Shown here: positions 62,674 to 64,000 of the stretch, one piece after another
Layout of the letters: every line of letters begins with the position of its first letter
Position numbering within the stretch: position 1 is the first letter of the stretch
DNA from: Epithemia pelagica
Taxonomy: Eukaryota; Protista; Bacillariophyta
Assembly: GCA_946965045.2 (NCBI GenBank)
Contig: OX337228.1
Location: 124,001-188,000, forward strand
Reading direction: 5' to 3'
DNA length: 64,000 bases
Program-made: the position numbers and the translations under genes
Notes under the pieces: model-generated
Database searches by the model: none
Told to the model about the DNA's origin: nothing
What the model saw: only the letters and a program-made list of their open reading frames with translations

Positions 62674-64000
62674 ATGTGGGGAGGCTTGAGTGATTTGGCC
62701 AAAAAGGCGGAAGAAGCAGCAGCCGCGGCGCAACAAGCGGCTGCCGATGCTGCCTCGTCGTCGGCGACCAGCTCCTCGTGGGTACGTCGTTTGTCGTGGT
62801 TGTCTTTTTGTAGTGTTGTGGTGGTTGTGGAATGGAAAGAGCCTGTATTGTTTGTGACATGAGTTTCTCCTGTAATACAGTCTCTCTCATTTTTCTCTCT
62901 CTCATGATTGTCGGTTTATTAATTTGTTTTGGGATTGGATTGGATTTAACTCGAAACAGACGACATCGGGCTTGTTCAATTTGGATGCCATGCAAGCCAC
63001 CACCACAACAACCACAACCGCAAGCAGTGCCACGGAGGCATCCCTTTTCACCGAATCCGCATCTACGATTACACCCAGCAATACCTCCACACCAGCGTCC
63101 TCTCCCTTGTTTTCGTTTTCGCCGCCCTCGTCTTCCACGACGACAACAAGGACCACCAACCATGACAACCCTAATACTTTGGCAGCCACAGTTGTTGTCT
63201 CTCAGGATAATAAGGAACCAGAAGCGACAAAAGCAGCAACCGAAGAAGAAGAAGACGGATGGGCGGATGACTTTGATAAAGGAGTCGTGGACGACGACGA
63301 CGAAGAAGAAGAACAACCACCCATGAAGGACCCAACAATGCATCATGCCTCGGACCCTTCAACTCACGCGTCGTTGCCAAATCCTTCGAACGACAATGGC
63401 AACGATAACAACGACACTACTACCAACGAACAATTGCCAACAGCAGCAGCAACAACAACAACAACAACAACAACGAGTCCTGGTGTGCAGAACGACGAGT
63501 CCTCCTCCCCACCTCCCCGGAACGAATCCCAACTACATCCATCACCAAAGCCATTCGTAGAGGACGCGACCGTCGAGACACCCGCACAACACGAGCCAGT
63601 TCCACAACCAACCATCAGCACCTCCACGATGGAACCATCAGCATCACCATCAGTCGTGGACCGAGAGGCCCAACCACCACAGCCACCAGCAGCTCTGATT
63701 CCGGACGACGAGGATACGCACAATGACACAAAAAAGAAGAATGAGGAGGAGAAGGAAGGTAATATGAACCAGTCCAGTGTCGTGGACTCATGTGATTTGG
63801 ACGAGAATCCCCAAGCAACCATCACCACCAGTCCAGCAGAACCCGGATCCAACGAACCAACAACCGCACAGGAGCAGAACCAGGACATCAACAACGACGA
63901 TGATAATATCGACAAAGCAAAGAATGTGGACGTGGACGTAGACGCCGAGGCAGCTTCCAGGACCGATTCTGTCCCCCCAACAACAAGCGATCCCTACAAT
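62674..64000 (+). CDS. 5' part of a large acidic low-complexity (possibly golgin-like) protein; intron 62782-62959; runs off the right edge
   Basis: MWGGLSDLAKKAEEAA exon ends at TGG|GTACGT; acceptor CAG| at 62959; exon 2 translated by hand is open from 62960 to 64000 (includes EDGWADDFD). It is absent from the ORF track because it has no stop in the window. Confidence 0.75.

Noticed and set aside
1133-63915. The many 60-290-aa ORFs antisense or out of frame to the long genes
   Set aside because: Explained as shadows of long coding or low-complexity trinucleotide-rich regions; no independent motifs.

Overview
Eukaryotic nuclear DNA, most likely a pennate diatom. This is inferred from a CoDi-like Ty1/copia element, diatom-style low-complexity proteins and short GT-AG introns. 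No rRNA, tRNA or CRISPR array is visible. Main contents: (1) Six co-oriented paralogs of a large nuclear-targeted 2OG-Fe(II) dioxygenase-like protein (starts 1315, 5979, 10951, 15635, 26754, 43919). Each has 1-3 copies of a ~220-230-aa helical unit; three copies have an intact catalytic set and three are degenerate. (2) A ~7.0-kb TA-flanked, TIR-bounded IS630/Tc1/mariner-type transposon (18735-25725) between paralogs 4 and 5. Besides its transposase it carries a SET-domain gene and two orphan genes. (3) A family of single-pass membrane proteins (30254, 33456/38604, 40208). One member is split by a 4.2-kb cassette holding a REase+kinase gene and a Uma2-like nuclease gene, transcribed divergently around a perfect 100-bp palindrome. 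(4) A young Ty1/copia retrotransposon (47989-55399; LTRs 239/240 identical) whose gag and pol are in frame and separated by one TGA. (5) Ordinary host genes at the right end. Several single-base indels break otherwise intact genes, so consensus errors cannot be excluded. All family assignments come from motif recognition by eye and need HMM or structure confirmation.
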